Positions 49,021-58,625 are shown, counted from the first letter of the stretch. The stretch is DNA of 64,000 nt from an uncultured Clostridia bacterium (GCA_947627815.1 CANQXN010000002.1:280-64279), one strand, 5' to 3'. Numbers and translations: made by a program. Notes: generated from the letters alone by a model not told the origin.

Positions 49021-49836
49021 TCAGCAGTCAAAAAAATCTTGGCGGTAGGAAACGCCGAACGCTTCAGCCAGCTCCTTGAGCTGAGCATCCGTGATAGTGT
49101 TGATCCGTTCGGTATGTGAGGTGAGCGTATAAATTTGCGCCGCTTTCTCCGCCGTTTCCACAAGACCAAAAGCCTCATCGGGGGTTTTGCCCGCCGCATA
49201 AACGCCGTGCATACCCCAGATCACCATGCGAAAACCTTTCATTTTTTCGGCGGTTGCCAGGCCGATTTCGTTGGTCCCGCACAGCATCCAGGGAAGTACG
49301 CCAATCCCTTCGGGAAAAACAACAATACATTCGGTGGACATCTGCCACAGAGTATGGCTGACGCTTTTTTCATCGAGCGGATGAATATAGTTCATGGCGA
49401 GAAGATGGGTGGGATGGCAGTGGAGAACAATACGGTTTTCGGAATCGACCGAGAGGCGCGCCTGATGGCTCATGAGGTGAGCCGGTAGTTCACTGGTAAA
49501 ACGGCCACCATCGCGGTATCCCCAGAATAACTCTGCCGTTTGGCCGTCCTCGCCGATACGGAAGAGTCCCAGATTGGTTTCCGGATCGCGTTTGACATTG
49601 CGGAAATATTTTCCGGTGCCTGTTACCAGAAAAAACTCTCCGGCAAGCGCCGGGGCGGAAAATCCAAGTGGCAGAGTGCGAAGCGACGATGTTGTGGCAA
49701 GATAGGGCGCCACCTCGTTTTCGTGAAGCAGAAAGCTGATGTTGCCGCCGTTGCGTTCGTCCCAGCCGAGACGGTACATTTGCGATGTGAGTTCCACCAT
49801 TTCCTGCAAAAAGGGGGCGGTATTGATGTCCTTCAT
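49021..49836 (-). CDS. rhaD: Rhamnulose-1-phosphate aldolase
   Basis: MKDINTAPFLQEMVELTSQMYRLGWDERNGGNISFLL and VVFPEGIGVLPW. The ATG at 49836 follows GGGAGGA and overlaps the rhaA stop (ATGA). The track's 361-aa form is an artefactual extension. Confidence 0.9.
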   Translation of the reverse strand: MKDINTAPFLQEMVELTSQMYRLGWDERNGGNISFLLHENEVAPYLATTSSLRTLPLGFSAPALAGEFFLVTGTGKYFRNVKRDPETNLGLFRIGEDGQTAELFWGYRDGGRFTSELPAHLMSHQARLSVDSENRIVLHCHPTHLLAMNYIHPLDEKSVSHTLWQMSTECIVVFPEGIGVLPWMLCGTNEIGLATAEKMKGFRMVIWGMHGVYAAGKTPDEAFGLVETAEKAAQIYTLTSHTERINTITDAQLKELAEAFGVSYRQDFFDC

Positions 49837-51095
49837 CGGTTTTCCTCCCGCACTTTTTTCTCCCGCAAGGGGAGGACTTTCTTTTCGTAATCCATGATTT
49901 TCTGATACCATATTTCGCCGGTCGGGACGCCGCAACTGTTGCAAAAATGGTTCCAGACATCGCCGAAGGGCAGAGTTTTGATTTCTTCTGTGAGCATCAG
50001 CAATTCGCTGAAGTTGGATTGGTTTTGAAGTGCCTTCATGCGCTCTGCGGGGCGAAGCAGCGCCCACAGCAATGCTTTTCTGAAATTGCGTTCTCCGATG
50101 ATCCAAGCGGCAATGCGGTTGACCGACCCGTCAAAATAATCGAGGGCGATAAAGGTTTTTTCAAGTCTTCCATCAGCAACGATTTCTTTGGCGATTTCTC
50201 TGGTTTCGTCATCAAAAGAAACGACATGGTCGCTGTCCCAGCGCACCGGCCGTGTGACATGCAATGCCACATGATCGTGAAATAAGTAAAGGGAAGAAAG
50301 CTTATCGGACACCGCTTCGGTCGGGTGAAAGTGTCCATTGTCTACCAGTGGTGTGATGCCTTTTTCCTTGGCATAGGCAAGGGCAAATTCGGCGTTGACG
50401 ACCGTATAGGATTCCAATCCGATGCCGAATACTTTTGACTCAATGGTGGGGAAAACCAGTCTGTGATTGTAGGGAGCGGAGAAGATTTCATCGAGAGAGG
50501 CTTTCATGCGGGTACGCGGCCCGATTCTGTCGGCGGGAACATCCTTCATCCCGTCCGGCATCCAAAAGTTTACAACGCAGGGAACACCGGTGGCTTGCGC
50601 AAAATGGGAGGCAATGGCAAGGCAGGCTTTGCCATGGGCAATCCAAAAAGCGCGCACGGTTGGATCGGGAGAAGAGAGCGTGAGATTGTTTTTCACCATG
50701 GGATGGCTGAAAAAGGTAGGATTAAAATCAAGTCCTAACCCATGTTTTTGGGCAAATGCAACCCAAGATGCAAAATGCCGTGGCTCCAATTTGTCTCTGT
50801 CAACCGGTTCGTCGGGGGAAAAGATGGCATAGGAGGCGTGCAGATTCAGTTTATGAGCACCGGGGCAGAGTGTCAGCGCCATTTCATAGTCTGCCATGAG
50901 TTCTTCCGGTGATGTGGCACGCCCGGGATAGTTTCCTGTCACTTGAATGCCGCCGGTCAAAGGACCTGTCTGGTCAAATCCCGCAACATCATCCCCCTGC
51001 CAACAGTGCAGGGAAATGGGAATGTCTTTCAGCACGGCTAGAGCCGCATCGGTATCGACCCCATAGCTTGCATAGATTTTTTTTTGCTTCTTCAT
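49833..51095 (-). CDS. rhaA: L-rhamnose isomerase
   Basis: 420 aa with ISLHCWQGDDVAGF and typical RhaA blocks. Confidence 0.9.
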   Translation of the reverse strand: MKKQKKIYASYGVDTDAALAVLKDIPISLHCWQGDDVAGFDQTGPLTGGIQVTGNYPGRATSPEELMADYEMALTLCPGAHKLNLHASYAIFSPDEPVDRDKLEPRHFASWVAFAQKHGLGLDFNPTFFSHPMVKNNLTLSSPDPTVRAFWIAHGKACLAIASHFAQATGVPCVVNFWMPDGMKDVPADRIGPRTRMKASLDEIFSAPYNHRLVFPTIESKVFGIGLESYTVVNAEFALAYAKEKGITPLVDNGHFHPTEAVSDKLSSLYLFHDHVALHVTRPVRWDSDHVVSFDDETREIAKEIVADGRLEKTFIALDYFDGSVNRIAAWIIGERNFRKALLWALLRPAERMKALQNQSNFSELLMLTEEIKTLPFGDVWNHFCNSCGVPTGEIWYQKIMDYEKKVLPLREKKVREENR

Positions 51096-51125
51096 AACGG
51101 GACATAAGGGATCTCCTTTTTTGAG

Positions 51126-52501
51126 TTATATGCCGATCTTCGCGGCGGTGTCGAACGAGGCTCGCAGGATAGTCCTTGCCTCGGCTAGGGTTTTGTGTTC
51201 CAGATACATGATTTGACAGGCCAGATTGCCGTAGACCGTGGCTTCTTTTGGACCGGCGAAAACCTTTTTTCCAAGCGCTTTTTCTGTCAATTGATTCAAA
51301 TACACATCTGCGCTGCCGCCGCCAACGATACGGATCTGTTCTATCGGTTCGTGGGTGATGGCCTCGATCTCTTCCACGGCCTTGCGGTAATGCAATGCCA
51401 TGGAGACATAGACGGTAGCTAATATATCTGCCAGTGAAAGGGAAGGTGCTTTCAGATAGGAGCGGATGGCCTGACACATATCAGACAGTGCGGCAAAAGT
51501 GGCATCATTGACAGGGATGGGTTGATAGCAGTGTCCGGTCATGGCCAAGTGCATCATTTCTTCATAGGTATATCTTTTTTCGGTGTCCCGGCGTATGGAC
51601 TGAATTAACCACATACCCATGATGTTCTTCAAAAAACGGTACTGGCCGCCAAGTCCGCCTTCGTTGGTGAAATTGGCTAACCTTGCCTCCTCACTCATGA
51701 TAGGAGAGGAGCGCTCCATGCCGATGAGGCTCCAGGTTCCGGAAGAAATACAGACGCTATGAGGTTCCCCGCAGGCGGCGGCAAAAGCGGCCGCGGTATC
51801 GTGCGTCGGCCCGGCAATGACCGTGGCGCAGTAGCCCACTTGCCGTGCGATCTCATCCGAGAAAGCGCCGATTGGTTCACCTGGTTGTATGGGGTCAGTA
51901 AAGAGGGAAGTATCAATTTCCAACGCATGTAATATTTCTTGATCCCATATCTTGCTTTTAACATTGATTAAAGAAGTGGTGGTGGCGTTGGTATATTCAT
52001 TGACAGTTTGTCCGGTGAGTCGATAAGCAAGATAGTCAGGCAATTGGAGAAATCGCGCTGCCTTGTCAAGTCTTCCAGAGCATTTGTCAGCATAAAGTTG
52101 GAAAACGGTATTAAAGTCCTGCCGTTGGATTCCGGTGCGAGCATAGAGCGCGGCGGGGGAAATCCGTTTGTCTACGGCTTGCGCCGTTTTTTTCGCACGG
52201 GATCACGGTAGGAAAAAACCGGGGGTAACAAAGCGCCAGAAGAGTCTAACAGGACATAATCCACGCCCCAGGTATCGATGGCGAGTATTGACGGGCATTT
52301 TCCCAGTTCTTTACAGCGGATAAGCCCCGTGAGGATTTCACGAAAGAGTAGCTCTGTGTCCCAAACAAGTCCCGCCGGCGTTTTTAACGGCGCATTGTCA
52401 AACCGGTAAACTTCCTCTGTGAAAAGTTGACTATCCTTGGTATGGCCGAGAAACAGCCGTCCACCGGAAGCACCAATGTCAATTGCCAACATATAGTTCA
52501 T
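51126..52501 (-). pseudogene. rhaB: Rhamnulokinase (FGGY family) interrupted by a 1-nt frameshift
   Basis: The N-terminal piece (MNYMLAIDIGASGGR...FSYRDP) stops at 52172. The rest (RAKKTAQAVDKRISPAALYARTGIQRQDFNTVFQLYA...) continues in another frame that is open from 52202. The two frames overlap only across 52175-52202. Confidence 0.8.
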
Positions 52502-52530
52502 ACCGTATCCCCCGATCATGGTATTACCTT

Positions 52531-52559
52531 ATTATAGCGTGATTTGCAGGGTTATGCAA
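52531..52559 (-). promoter_or_regulatory. Candidate rhaBAD promoter
   Basis: On the minus strand: TTGCAT, a 17-nt spacer, then TATAAT, about 30 nt upstream of the ATG at 52501. This favours that start over 52519. Confidence 0.55.
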
Positions 52560-52795
52560 GGTGCTTTTTTATTAAAATTGTGTTCTTTTTTGCGGTTGTT
52601 CTGTAATATCGTCCATTTATCGGTCAAATGCACTTTTGGCAAACGCTTTTTTGATAAGAGAAAACCATCGAATGTGGTATAATAAAAAATATAAAAATTC
52701 AAAAAGATCGATAATCGTGAGAAAATCCATTAAAATATTGACATATATTTATAAAGCGATAAGTGATATGACTTCATTCCACCTTTAAAAATGGA

Positions 52796-52832
52796 ACAGC
52801 GAGAGATAGCCGCAAAGGCTATCTCTCGCTGT
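52796..52832 (-). terminator. Strong hairpin terminator downstream of tRNA-Gln (possibly bidirectional)
   Basis: ACAGCGAGAGATAGCC-GCAAA-GGCTATCTCTCGCTGT, a 16-bp perfect stem. T-runs follow it on both strands. Confidence 0.75.
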
Positions 52833-52849
52833 CTTTTTGCGTTGGTTTC

Positions 52850-52924
52850 TGGCTGGGGTAGCTGGATTCGGACCAGCGAATGCAGGAGTCAAAGTCCTGT
52901 GCCTTACCGCTTGGCTATACCCCA
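52850..52924 (-). tRNA. tRNA-Gln (anticodon UUG)
   Basis: The minus strand reads TGGGGTATAGCCAAGCGGTAAGGCACAGGACTTTGACTCCTGCATTCGCTGGTCCGAATCCAGCTACCCCAGCCA. It folds as a cloverleaf (7/3/5/5-bp stems), has a U1-A72 pair, the anticodon loop CTTTGAC, and an encoded CCA. It closely resembles E. coli tRNA-Gln. Confidence 0.95.
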
Positions 52925-52949
52925 ATATTTTCTTTTTAAACTGCCGCTT

Positions 52950-52978
52950 ATTATAGCATGGTTTGGTTAGTTTGTCAA
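52950..52978 (-). promoter_or_regulatory. Consensus promoter for tRNA-Gln
   Basis: On the minus strand: TTGACA, a 17-nt spacer, then TATAAT (both hexamers perfect), about 25 nt upstream of the mature 5' end. Confidence 0.7.
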
Positions 52979-53004
52979 GCATTTTTTATGCCAAAAAAGC
53001 AAAA

Positions 53005-53044
53005 AGCGGAGCCGGCAGCCGGATCAAAAATCCAACTGCCGGCT
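53005..53044 (-). terminator. Hairpin after the GH38 gene
   Basis: AGCCGGCAG...CTGCCGGCT arms with an inner GGAT/ATCC extension, 8 nt after the stop. A TTTTT run follows on the minus strand after 4 nt. Confidence 0.5.
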
Positions 53045-53051
53045 TTTGGTC

Positions 53052-56000
53052 TTATTTCTGGAACAGGAGCGTGGCAATTTCAAAAGGACGGAAGGTATAT
53101 TCCACACAGCCGTCTCGGATCGGAAGCTCATATTTGATGTCTTCCAGAATGTTGGTACGGTACACATGCCGGACATCTTTGCCGACATAAATTTTTGTGT
53201 TGGTGCGGGTGCGCTCCGCTTCGTAAAGACGGGCGACATAAGCATGATCCACAAGCTCGGCGGGCTTGATGGCTTCGCAAACGATATTGTCTGCATCGAT
53301 GCTGATCAGCGGCATAAAATCCGATGATACCTTTCCGGGAATTGTCACTACGGGCATATTCAAAAGATACGCCGGTTTGACAACACTGCCAACGGCAAAC
53401 CCTTGATTATGAGGCAGCAGAGAGTAGGTGACTTCATGAACGCCTTCATCGCCTGTGACATCCGGGTGGGTGCCGCTTTTATGGAGGGTCAGGCGGAGAT
53501 GGGAGCCGTCGGCGGAAATGCCGTACTTGCAGTCATTGAGAATGGCTACACCGTAACGGGATTCCGAAAGGTCGCTCCATTTATGATTGCATACTTCAAA
53601 TTTGGCGATCTCATAGCTGTTATTTTCTGTGGTGGGGCGTTCGATATGACCAAACTGGATCTCATTGCGCACCGTAAGAGAATTGATATCCAGATCAAAG
53701 CCGGTCTTTAAAAGGGTGTGTTTATCGTGCCAGTCGATCACGGTATGGAAATCCACTTGCGGCGTATCTGCCCAGAAGATCATGTCCTGGGAAAGGGTAG
53801 AATATGTTCCCACTTTGAAAGAAGCGCGGATAATGAAAGCCAGCGCCCCGTCAGAAACGACATCAAAGGAAATAAGCTCTTTTTGCGGCACCACTTTCAG
53901 CATGGTTTCATAATCGATATCCCAGTCATCCCAGGCGTTGGGGACATCCTCTCCGCACCAGAAAGTGTTCAGAGGCTCGCCGCCTTCCCGACGCAGTTCG
54001 CGGTCGGCGTCTTTGTCGTAAAACGAGGTGATGCCGCCGTTTTCATCGAAAGTAACGGTGGCAAAAGGCGTTTCCAACACGCGGTTTTGGAAACAGAAGG
54101 GGGAGGGGCCTTCTTCCGGACGGTTGATTAAATCGAAGGAAACGGCGCTCATGGCATCGATTGTGACGCCGCCCACGAGAACCTTCTTTTCCCCTTTGAT
54201 ATCGGTATAGCGCTGAACGGTGCAGCCTGCGGGATAAAGGCCGGAATCTTCCAGCGTAATCACATCGTTTCTGTCAAAGGAAGTGGTGTTGAAGAAAGTG
54301 ATACCGTTGCCGGCGGTTAGGCTGCTTGCTGTTTCATTTACAATAGCCTTGGCTTTTCGAATGGTTTCTTGATTTTCAGCAATCGCTTTCTGTGTGACGC
54401 CGGTATAGCAAGTACCTGGCAGAATGTCGTGAAATTGATTTTGCAGCAGGGTGTGATAGAGGGATACGGTTGTCTCATCATTGGGCTTGCCGGCTAAGAC
54501 ATTGAAGTAATCCATGTCGTGAAGCGCAAATTCACATTTGCGGTTGGAGCGCTTCATATCGTGCATCTGTGTGAGAGTACCACGGTGAAGTTCAAGATAA
54601 AGTTCTCCCGCAAAAATTGGCAATTCATCCGCAGCGGCTTCCGCGCCTTTCATAAAGTCGCTGACCGTGGTATAATCGGTTTGCGGCAGACCGGGAATAT
54701 TCTTGATGCGGCGCGCTTTTTCCAACATAGCGGAGGTCGGTCCGCCGCCGCCGTCTCCGTGACCGAAGGGAAGCAATTTGCCTTCAAATCCCTGTTTATT
54801 GGTGATATCGGCAATGTTGCCCACCACATCGTTGACATCGGGGCTGACATCAATACGGTGCAGATGGGTCAGCACAGTGGAACCATCCAGACCGCGCCAT
54901 TTGAAGGTGGTATAAGGGAAACGGTTCAGGTCATTCCAGCCCATCTTTGTGGTATAGAAATAATGGACTTCGCTTTCTTGCATGATCTGGGGAATGGCGG
55001 CATTATATCCGAAGGTGTCCGGGAGCCAGAAGCAGTCGGCGGTATAATTCAGATATTTTCTGGTGAACAACTGACCATACAGGAACTGTCTTGCCATCAA
55101 TTCGCCGGAGGTAATGTTGCAGTCACATTCTACCCAGACGCCGCCGTTAGGCTCATACCGACCTTCTTTGACATGGGCGGCGATTCGTTCGAAAACATCG
55201 GGATAGTATTGGCGCAGCCAATCGAGGTGAAGCGCCGAGGACTGCATGAATTTATATTCGGGATAGCGATCCATCAACGCGCATACATTGGAAAAGGTGC
55301 GGGCGGCTTTTCTGATGGTTTCGGAGACGGGCCAGAGCCAAGCGGTGTCGAGATGAGAACTGCCTATGATGCCGACCTTGCCCCGGCTTTCATCACCTTG
55401 GCTCTTCTTTAGAAAAGCGCGCAGGATCTTGTTGCTGGCTGTGACAGACGCCATGACTTTTTCTTTGCTGTAGTGGACAGGGTACTGAATGATGGCGGCG
55501 AAAACTTTTTCACAGGCCGTGCGGGCGCGTGCTCTGACAAAGTTGTTTTCATCCAAACGCTGTGCCATCTGCGTAACAATGTTGAGATTAAAAACAAAAT
55601 CGTGAATTTCCTCATTGAGAACGCAGACATCCAAGGATTCAAACATATGGCGATAATCGCCGCCGGTTGGGTTTTCCTGGCCATAATAATTGTAAGGGTT
55701 ATCGTCCACCTGAAAATGGCCGGCGTAGCATTCCAGCGCCACATCAATGACTTGTCCGGCCTCTGCGTGGATCGCCAGCGGCTGGGCGGAATGCATGATC
55801 CCCATATAGTCGCCCTTGCTGTTGAAAAGCCCGTCGGGTGTTCCGTTTCTGAAATAAAGCGTTTCATAAGCGTCGGTGCGGGGAATGAGCCAGAGGGATT
55901 GGCCGGACAGCTTTTCGGGAACCGTGTAACTGCCAAGAATCCAAAGATTCATATATTCACCGCCCCAAGCGGTATGAGGAGCCAGCGGTGTCAAGCCTTC

Positions 56001-56147
56001 ACTGGGCGGTGTGCGCAAATGTTCTTTGGTTTCTAAGGACAGAAGACCGCCGATTTCATCTGCTTTTTCATACATCATTTCCGCATAAATGCGGTTGACC
56101 TGCTCCAGCTTGCGACACATCCGGTTGGAATAGCGTTCACATATCAT
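53052..56147 (-). CDS. Glycoside hydrolase family 38 alpha-mannosidase, cytoplasmic
   Basis: GSSHLDTAWLWP (the GH38 metal/nucleophile region), length of about 1030 aa, and no signal peptide. The start is uncertain: the ATG at 56147 (MICERYSNRM...) versus the track's TTG at 56279. Confidence 0.85.
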   Translation of the reverse strand: MICERYSNRMCRKLEQVNRIYAEMMYEKADEIGGLLSLETKEHLRTPPSEGLTPLAPHTAWGGEYMNLWILGSYTVPEKLSGQSLWLIPRTDAYETLYFRNGTPDGLFNSKGDYMGIMHSAQPLAIHAEAGQVIDVALECYAGHFQVDDNPYNYYGQENPTGGDYRHMFESLDVCVLNEEIHDFVFNLNIVTQMAQRLDENNFVRARARTACEKVFAAIIQYPVHYSKEKVMASVTASNKILRAFLKKSQGDESRGKVGIIGSSHLDTAWLWPVSETIRKAARTFSNVCALMDRYPEYKFMQSSALHLDWLRQYYPDVFERIAAHVKEGRYEPNGGVWVECDCNITSGELMARQFLYGQLFTRKYLNYTADCFWLPDTFGYNAAIPQIMQESEVHYFYTTKMGWNDLNRFPYTTFKWRGLDGSTVLTHLHRIDVSPDVNDVVGNIADITNKQGFEGKLLPFGHGDGGGGPTSAMLEKARRIKNIPGLPQTDYTTVSDFMKGAEAAADELPIFAGELYLELHRGTLTQMHDMKRSNRKCEFALHDMDYFNVLAGKPNDETTVSLYHTLLQNQFHDILPGTCYTGVTQKAIAENQETIRKAKAIVNETASSLTAGNGITFFNTTSFDRNDVITLEDSGLYPAGCTVQRYTDIKGEKKVLVGGVTIDAMSAVSFDLINRPEEGPSPFCFQNRVLETPFATVTFDENGGITSFYDKDADRELRREGGEPLNTFWCGEDVPNAWDDWDIDYETMLKVVPQKELISFDVVSDGALAFIIRASFKVGTYSTLSQDMIFWADTPQVDFHTVIDWHDKHTLLKTGFDLDINSLTVRNEIQFGHIERPTTENNSYEIAKFEVCNHKWSDLSESRYGVAILNDCKYGISADGSHLRLTLHKSGTHPDVTGDEGVHEVTYSLLPHNQGFAVGSVVKPAYLLNMPVVTIPGKVSSDFMPLISIDADNIVCEAIKPAELVDHAYVARLYEAERTRTNTKIYVGKDVRHVYRTNILEDIKYELPIRDGCVEYTFRPFEIATLLFQK

Positions 56148-56301
56148 AGCATGATACCTCAGAATTATTTGATTTTTGTCATAATCAGCATTTTTATTAT
56201 AGTGGACAGCGTCCAAAAAGTCAAGCGGACAAATGTTTTTCCGGATTCTTTTTATTAAAAGCGTTGCTGACTGTATCAAATGAAACCGTCTTTTTTAGCT
56301 C

Positions 56302-56330
56302 TTGACAAAAAGACGGACGAATGCTATACT
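56302..56330 (+). promoter_or_regulatory. Candidate hom promoter
   Basis: TTGACA, a 17-nt spacer, then TATACT. The track's ATG at 56321 lies inside this -10 region, so it is not a plausible start. Confidence 0.55.
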
Positions 56331-56359
56331 CATACCATGGTAATTTTTTTTGGAAAGGA

Positions 56360-57562
56360 ATGATGGATGTGTTTAACATTGCACTTCTCGGCTTTGGCAA
56401 TATCGGTTCCGGCCTTGCGGAAGTCATCGAAAGAAACCGAAGCCGCATTGACGAAGCACTGGGCGATGAGATCTGTATCAAGTATGTGCTAGATCTGCGC
56501 GATTTGTCCGATACGCCATATGCCGCCTGTGCCGTCCATGATTTCGAAATCATTCTGAACGATCCTTCCGTGGTATTGGTTTGTGAAATGATGGGAGGAT
56601 TGCACCCGGCGTTTGATTATTCCATGGCCGCCTTGAAAGCGGGAAAAAGTGTGATTACTTCCAACAAAGAAGTGGTGGCCGCCGAAGGAACGGCGCTTTT
56701 GCAGACAGCCAAAGACCATGGCGTTTTTTATCTATATGAAGCGGCTGTGGGCGGCGCTGTTCCGATACTCCATGCCATTCGGCTGTTTTTGGCCGGCACC
56801 GATATTCGCAGAATTGACGGGATCCTGAACGGAACGACCAATTATATCCTGACGCGAATGGACAACTGCGCCGCCACCTTCGATGAGGCGTTAGCCGAGG
56901 CAAAGAAGCAGGGATATGCGGAAGTAAATCCAAGCGCCGATATCAACGGTTTGGATACTTGCCGAAAGCTTTGTATTCTGATCGGCGCCGCGTGGGGGCA
57001 GAGTTTGCAGCCGGCATCGGTTTTCTATGAAGGTATCGATCATATAACCACCGAAGATCATGATTTTGCTAAGCGTTGCGGCGGTATTTTGAAGCTGGCG
57101 GCGACTGCTCTGCAGCAAAACGACGGGTCATTGGCGGCGGCGGTTTCCCCCTGTGTGGTTTTGGATGAAAATCCCTTGCAAACGGTTGCTGATGTATTCA
57201 ATGCCGTTCGGATTCGAGCGCAAGATACCGGCGACCTGATGTTTTATGGACAGGGCGCGGGTCGTTACCCGACGGCGGGCGCTTTGGTGAGCGATATTCT
57301 GGATGTTGCTTGTCAGCGCGGCGTCCAGCGTTCTTGGCAGACATTTACGGGAAAACTAATCCGCTATGAAGATGCGCTCTGGGACTGGTGTTTGGAAATT
57401 GACGATCAGAAAAGTTTCGCGGCTCTCGGGTTGGAACGGGCGGTTATTCTGAATCGGGCAGAGGGGCGCTATGATCTGTTTGTCCCGCAAATCAGCCAAA
57501 AAGAATTGGCCGCTCGACTGCAAGGCTGTTCTGTTTTGCACCAAATGCGCGCCTTGAATTAA
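56360..57562 (+). CDS. hom: Homoserine dehydrogenase
   Basis: NIALLGFGNIGSG (NAD(P) binding), ILNGTTNYIL, and a C-terminal ACT-like region. The start is ATG 56360/56363 or GTG 56369. Confidence 0.85.
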   Translation: MMDVFNIALLGFGNIGSGLAEVIERNRSRIDEALGDEICIKYVLDLRDLSDTPYAACAVHDFEIILNDPSVVLVCEMMGGLHPAFDYSMAALKAGKSVITSNKEVVAAEGTALLQTAKDHGVFYLYEAAVGGAVPILHAIRLFLAGTDIRRIDGILNGTTNYILTRMDNCAATFDEALAEAKKQGYAEVNPSADINGLDTCRKLCILIGAAWGQSLQPASVFYEGIDHITTEDHDFAKRCGGILKLAATALQQNDGSLAAAVSPCVVLDENPLQTVADVFNAVRIRAQDTGDLMFYGQGAGRYPTAGALVSDILDVACQRGVQRSWQTFTGKLIRYEDALWDWCLEIDDQKSFAALGLERAVILNRAEGRYDLFVPQISQKELAARLQGCSVLHQMRALN

Positions 57563-57612
57563 TCCGAAAAATCGTAACCGAAGAGAGCGGCGGAGGCAGG
57601 AGTTTCGGCAAT

Positions 57613-58614
57613 ATGGAAAACATGCGGGACATTCTTTTGGCGGAATATGGTCTTCACCTCCTTGAGAGTTATGCTCTGACAGGGGGAACGGCCGACTGTT
57701 TCCAAGTCTTTTGCACAGAAGGCGATTTCTTTTTAAAAGTGTATCCCAGCGAGTTTACACTTTCGGATATTGAAAAAGAGGCAAAGCTTGTCTCTTTTTT
57801 GCTATCAAGGGGATTTCCTGTTGCCCGTTTTTGCCCAACAAAGCGTGGGGAAAACGGCATTACGGTCGGCGGACAGGCGGTCGGTGTTCAGAAATTTATA
57901 CCGGGTCATACTTATCTGAATGATTTGCCGCGCCCGCTCCTTTGGGAAAGCGCCAAATATCTCGGAATGTTGCATCGCTGCCTGAAAGACTATCCCATGA
58001 AACAGGAACTGGATGGTGAATGGGTTAATCGTTTTTCTGCGCAGAAGGCTTTGGAAAAATGCGATAAGCTGCTGGCTGTTTTGGAAGAGAACCGATCAGA
58101 CCCCAACTACGAGAGGATCCGCCAAGACCTTATTTTTAAGAAAATGTTATTTCCTTGTATTGAGAACTTGAAATCGTATTATACAGGAATTACCAATACG
58201 CCTTCGCAAGGAGATTACTCGGCTCGTCAACTGATTTGTGACAAAGAACGGATCAAAGCCGTTATTGATTTTTTGTCTGCGGCTTCTTTGCCTGCCATAT
58301 GGGAAATCATGCGGTCTTATATGCAATCGTCAGGAACCTACTGCGATGGACGCCCATTGAATATAGCCAATTTGCTTTTGTATGTCAGAGAATATCTGAA
58401 ATATTTTCCGCTTTCCCCAAGGGATTTGACTGCCATGCCTTATGTTTATTTGTTCCAACTTGCGCGCAGTCTGTATGGATATAAAGAATATCTGCTTACA
58501 AAGACCAAAAACAGAAATGCACTGATAGCGTTTGCTTTTTGGCGCACCGACGTTTGCCGGGGACTGTACGGACAAGTTGCCGAAATCGCATACGCCCTAG
58601 GCGGGCTGCGGTGA
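57613..58614 (+). CDS. APH/ChoK-fold phosphotransferase family protein with a non-canonical catalytic loop; possibly a type II homoserine kinase by context only
   Basis: Kinase-fold layout (FLKVYP..., VIDF), but the Brenner motif reads QGDYSARQ instead of HxDxxxxN. It lies 50 nt downstream of hom. Confidence 0.55.
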   Translation: MENMRDILLAEYGLHLLESYALTGGTADCFQVFCTEGDFFLKVYPSEFTLSDIEKEAKLVSFLLSRGFPVARFCPTKRGENGITVGGQAVGVQKFIPGHTYLNDLPRPLLWESAKYLGMLHRCLKDYPMKQELDGEWVNRFSAQKALEKCDKLLAVLEENRSDPNYERIRQDLIFKKMLFPCIENLKSYYTGITNTPSQGDYSARQLICDKERIKAVIDFLSAASLPAIWEIMRSYMQSSGTYCDGRPLNIANLLLYVREYLKYFPLSPRDLTAMPYVYLFQLARSLYGYKEYLLTKTKNRNALIAFAFWRTDVCRGLYGQVAEIAYALGGLR

Positions 58615-58625
58615 CTTTTTCATAA

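Noticed and set aside
49837-50106. N-terminal extensions in the track: rhaD drawn as 361 aa, GH2 from 10312, queA from 12565, rpoB from 24545, tatD from 22941, groES from 60177, hom from 56321.
   Set aside because: Each extension lacks a ribosome binding site and overlaps the upstream gene or a promoter. An internal start with a GGAGG-type site gives the canonical family N-terminus.
52785-52982. A 65-aa ORF overlapping the tRNA-Gln locus, and the idea that the tRNA marks an integrated island.
   Set aside because: The ORF is simply the tRNA gene and its flanks read as protein. No integrase, duplicated tRNA 3' end (attachment-site repeat) or phage/mobile genes flank the tRNA, and the neighbours are ordinary sugar-catabolism genes.
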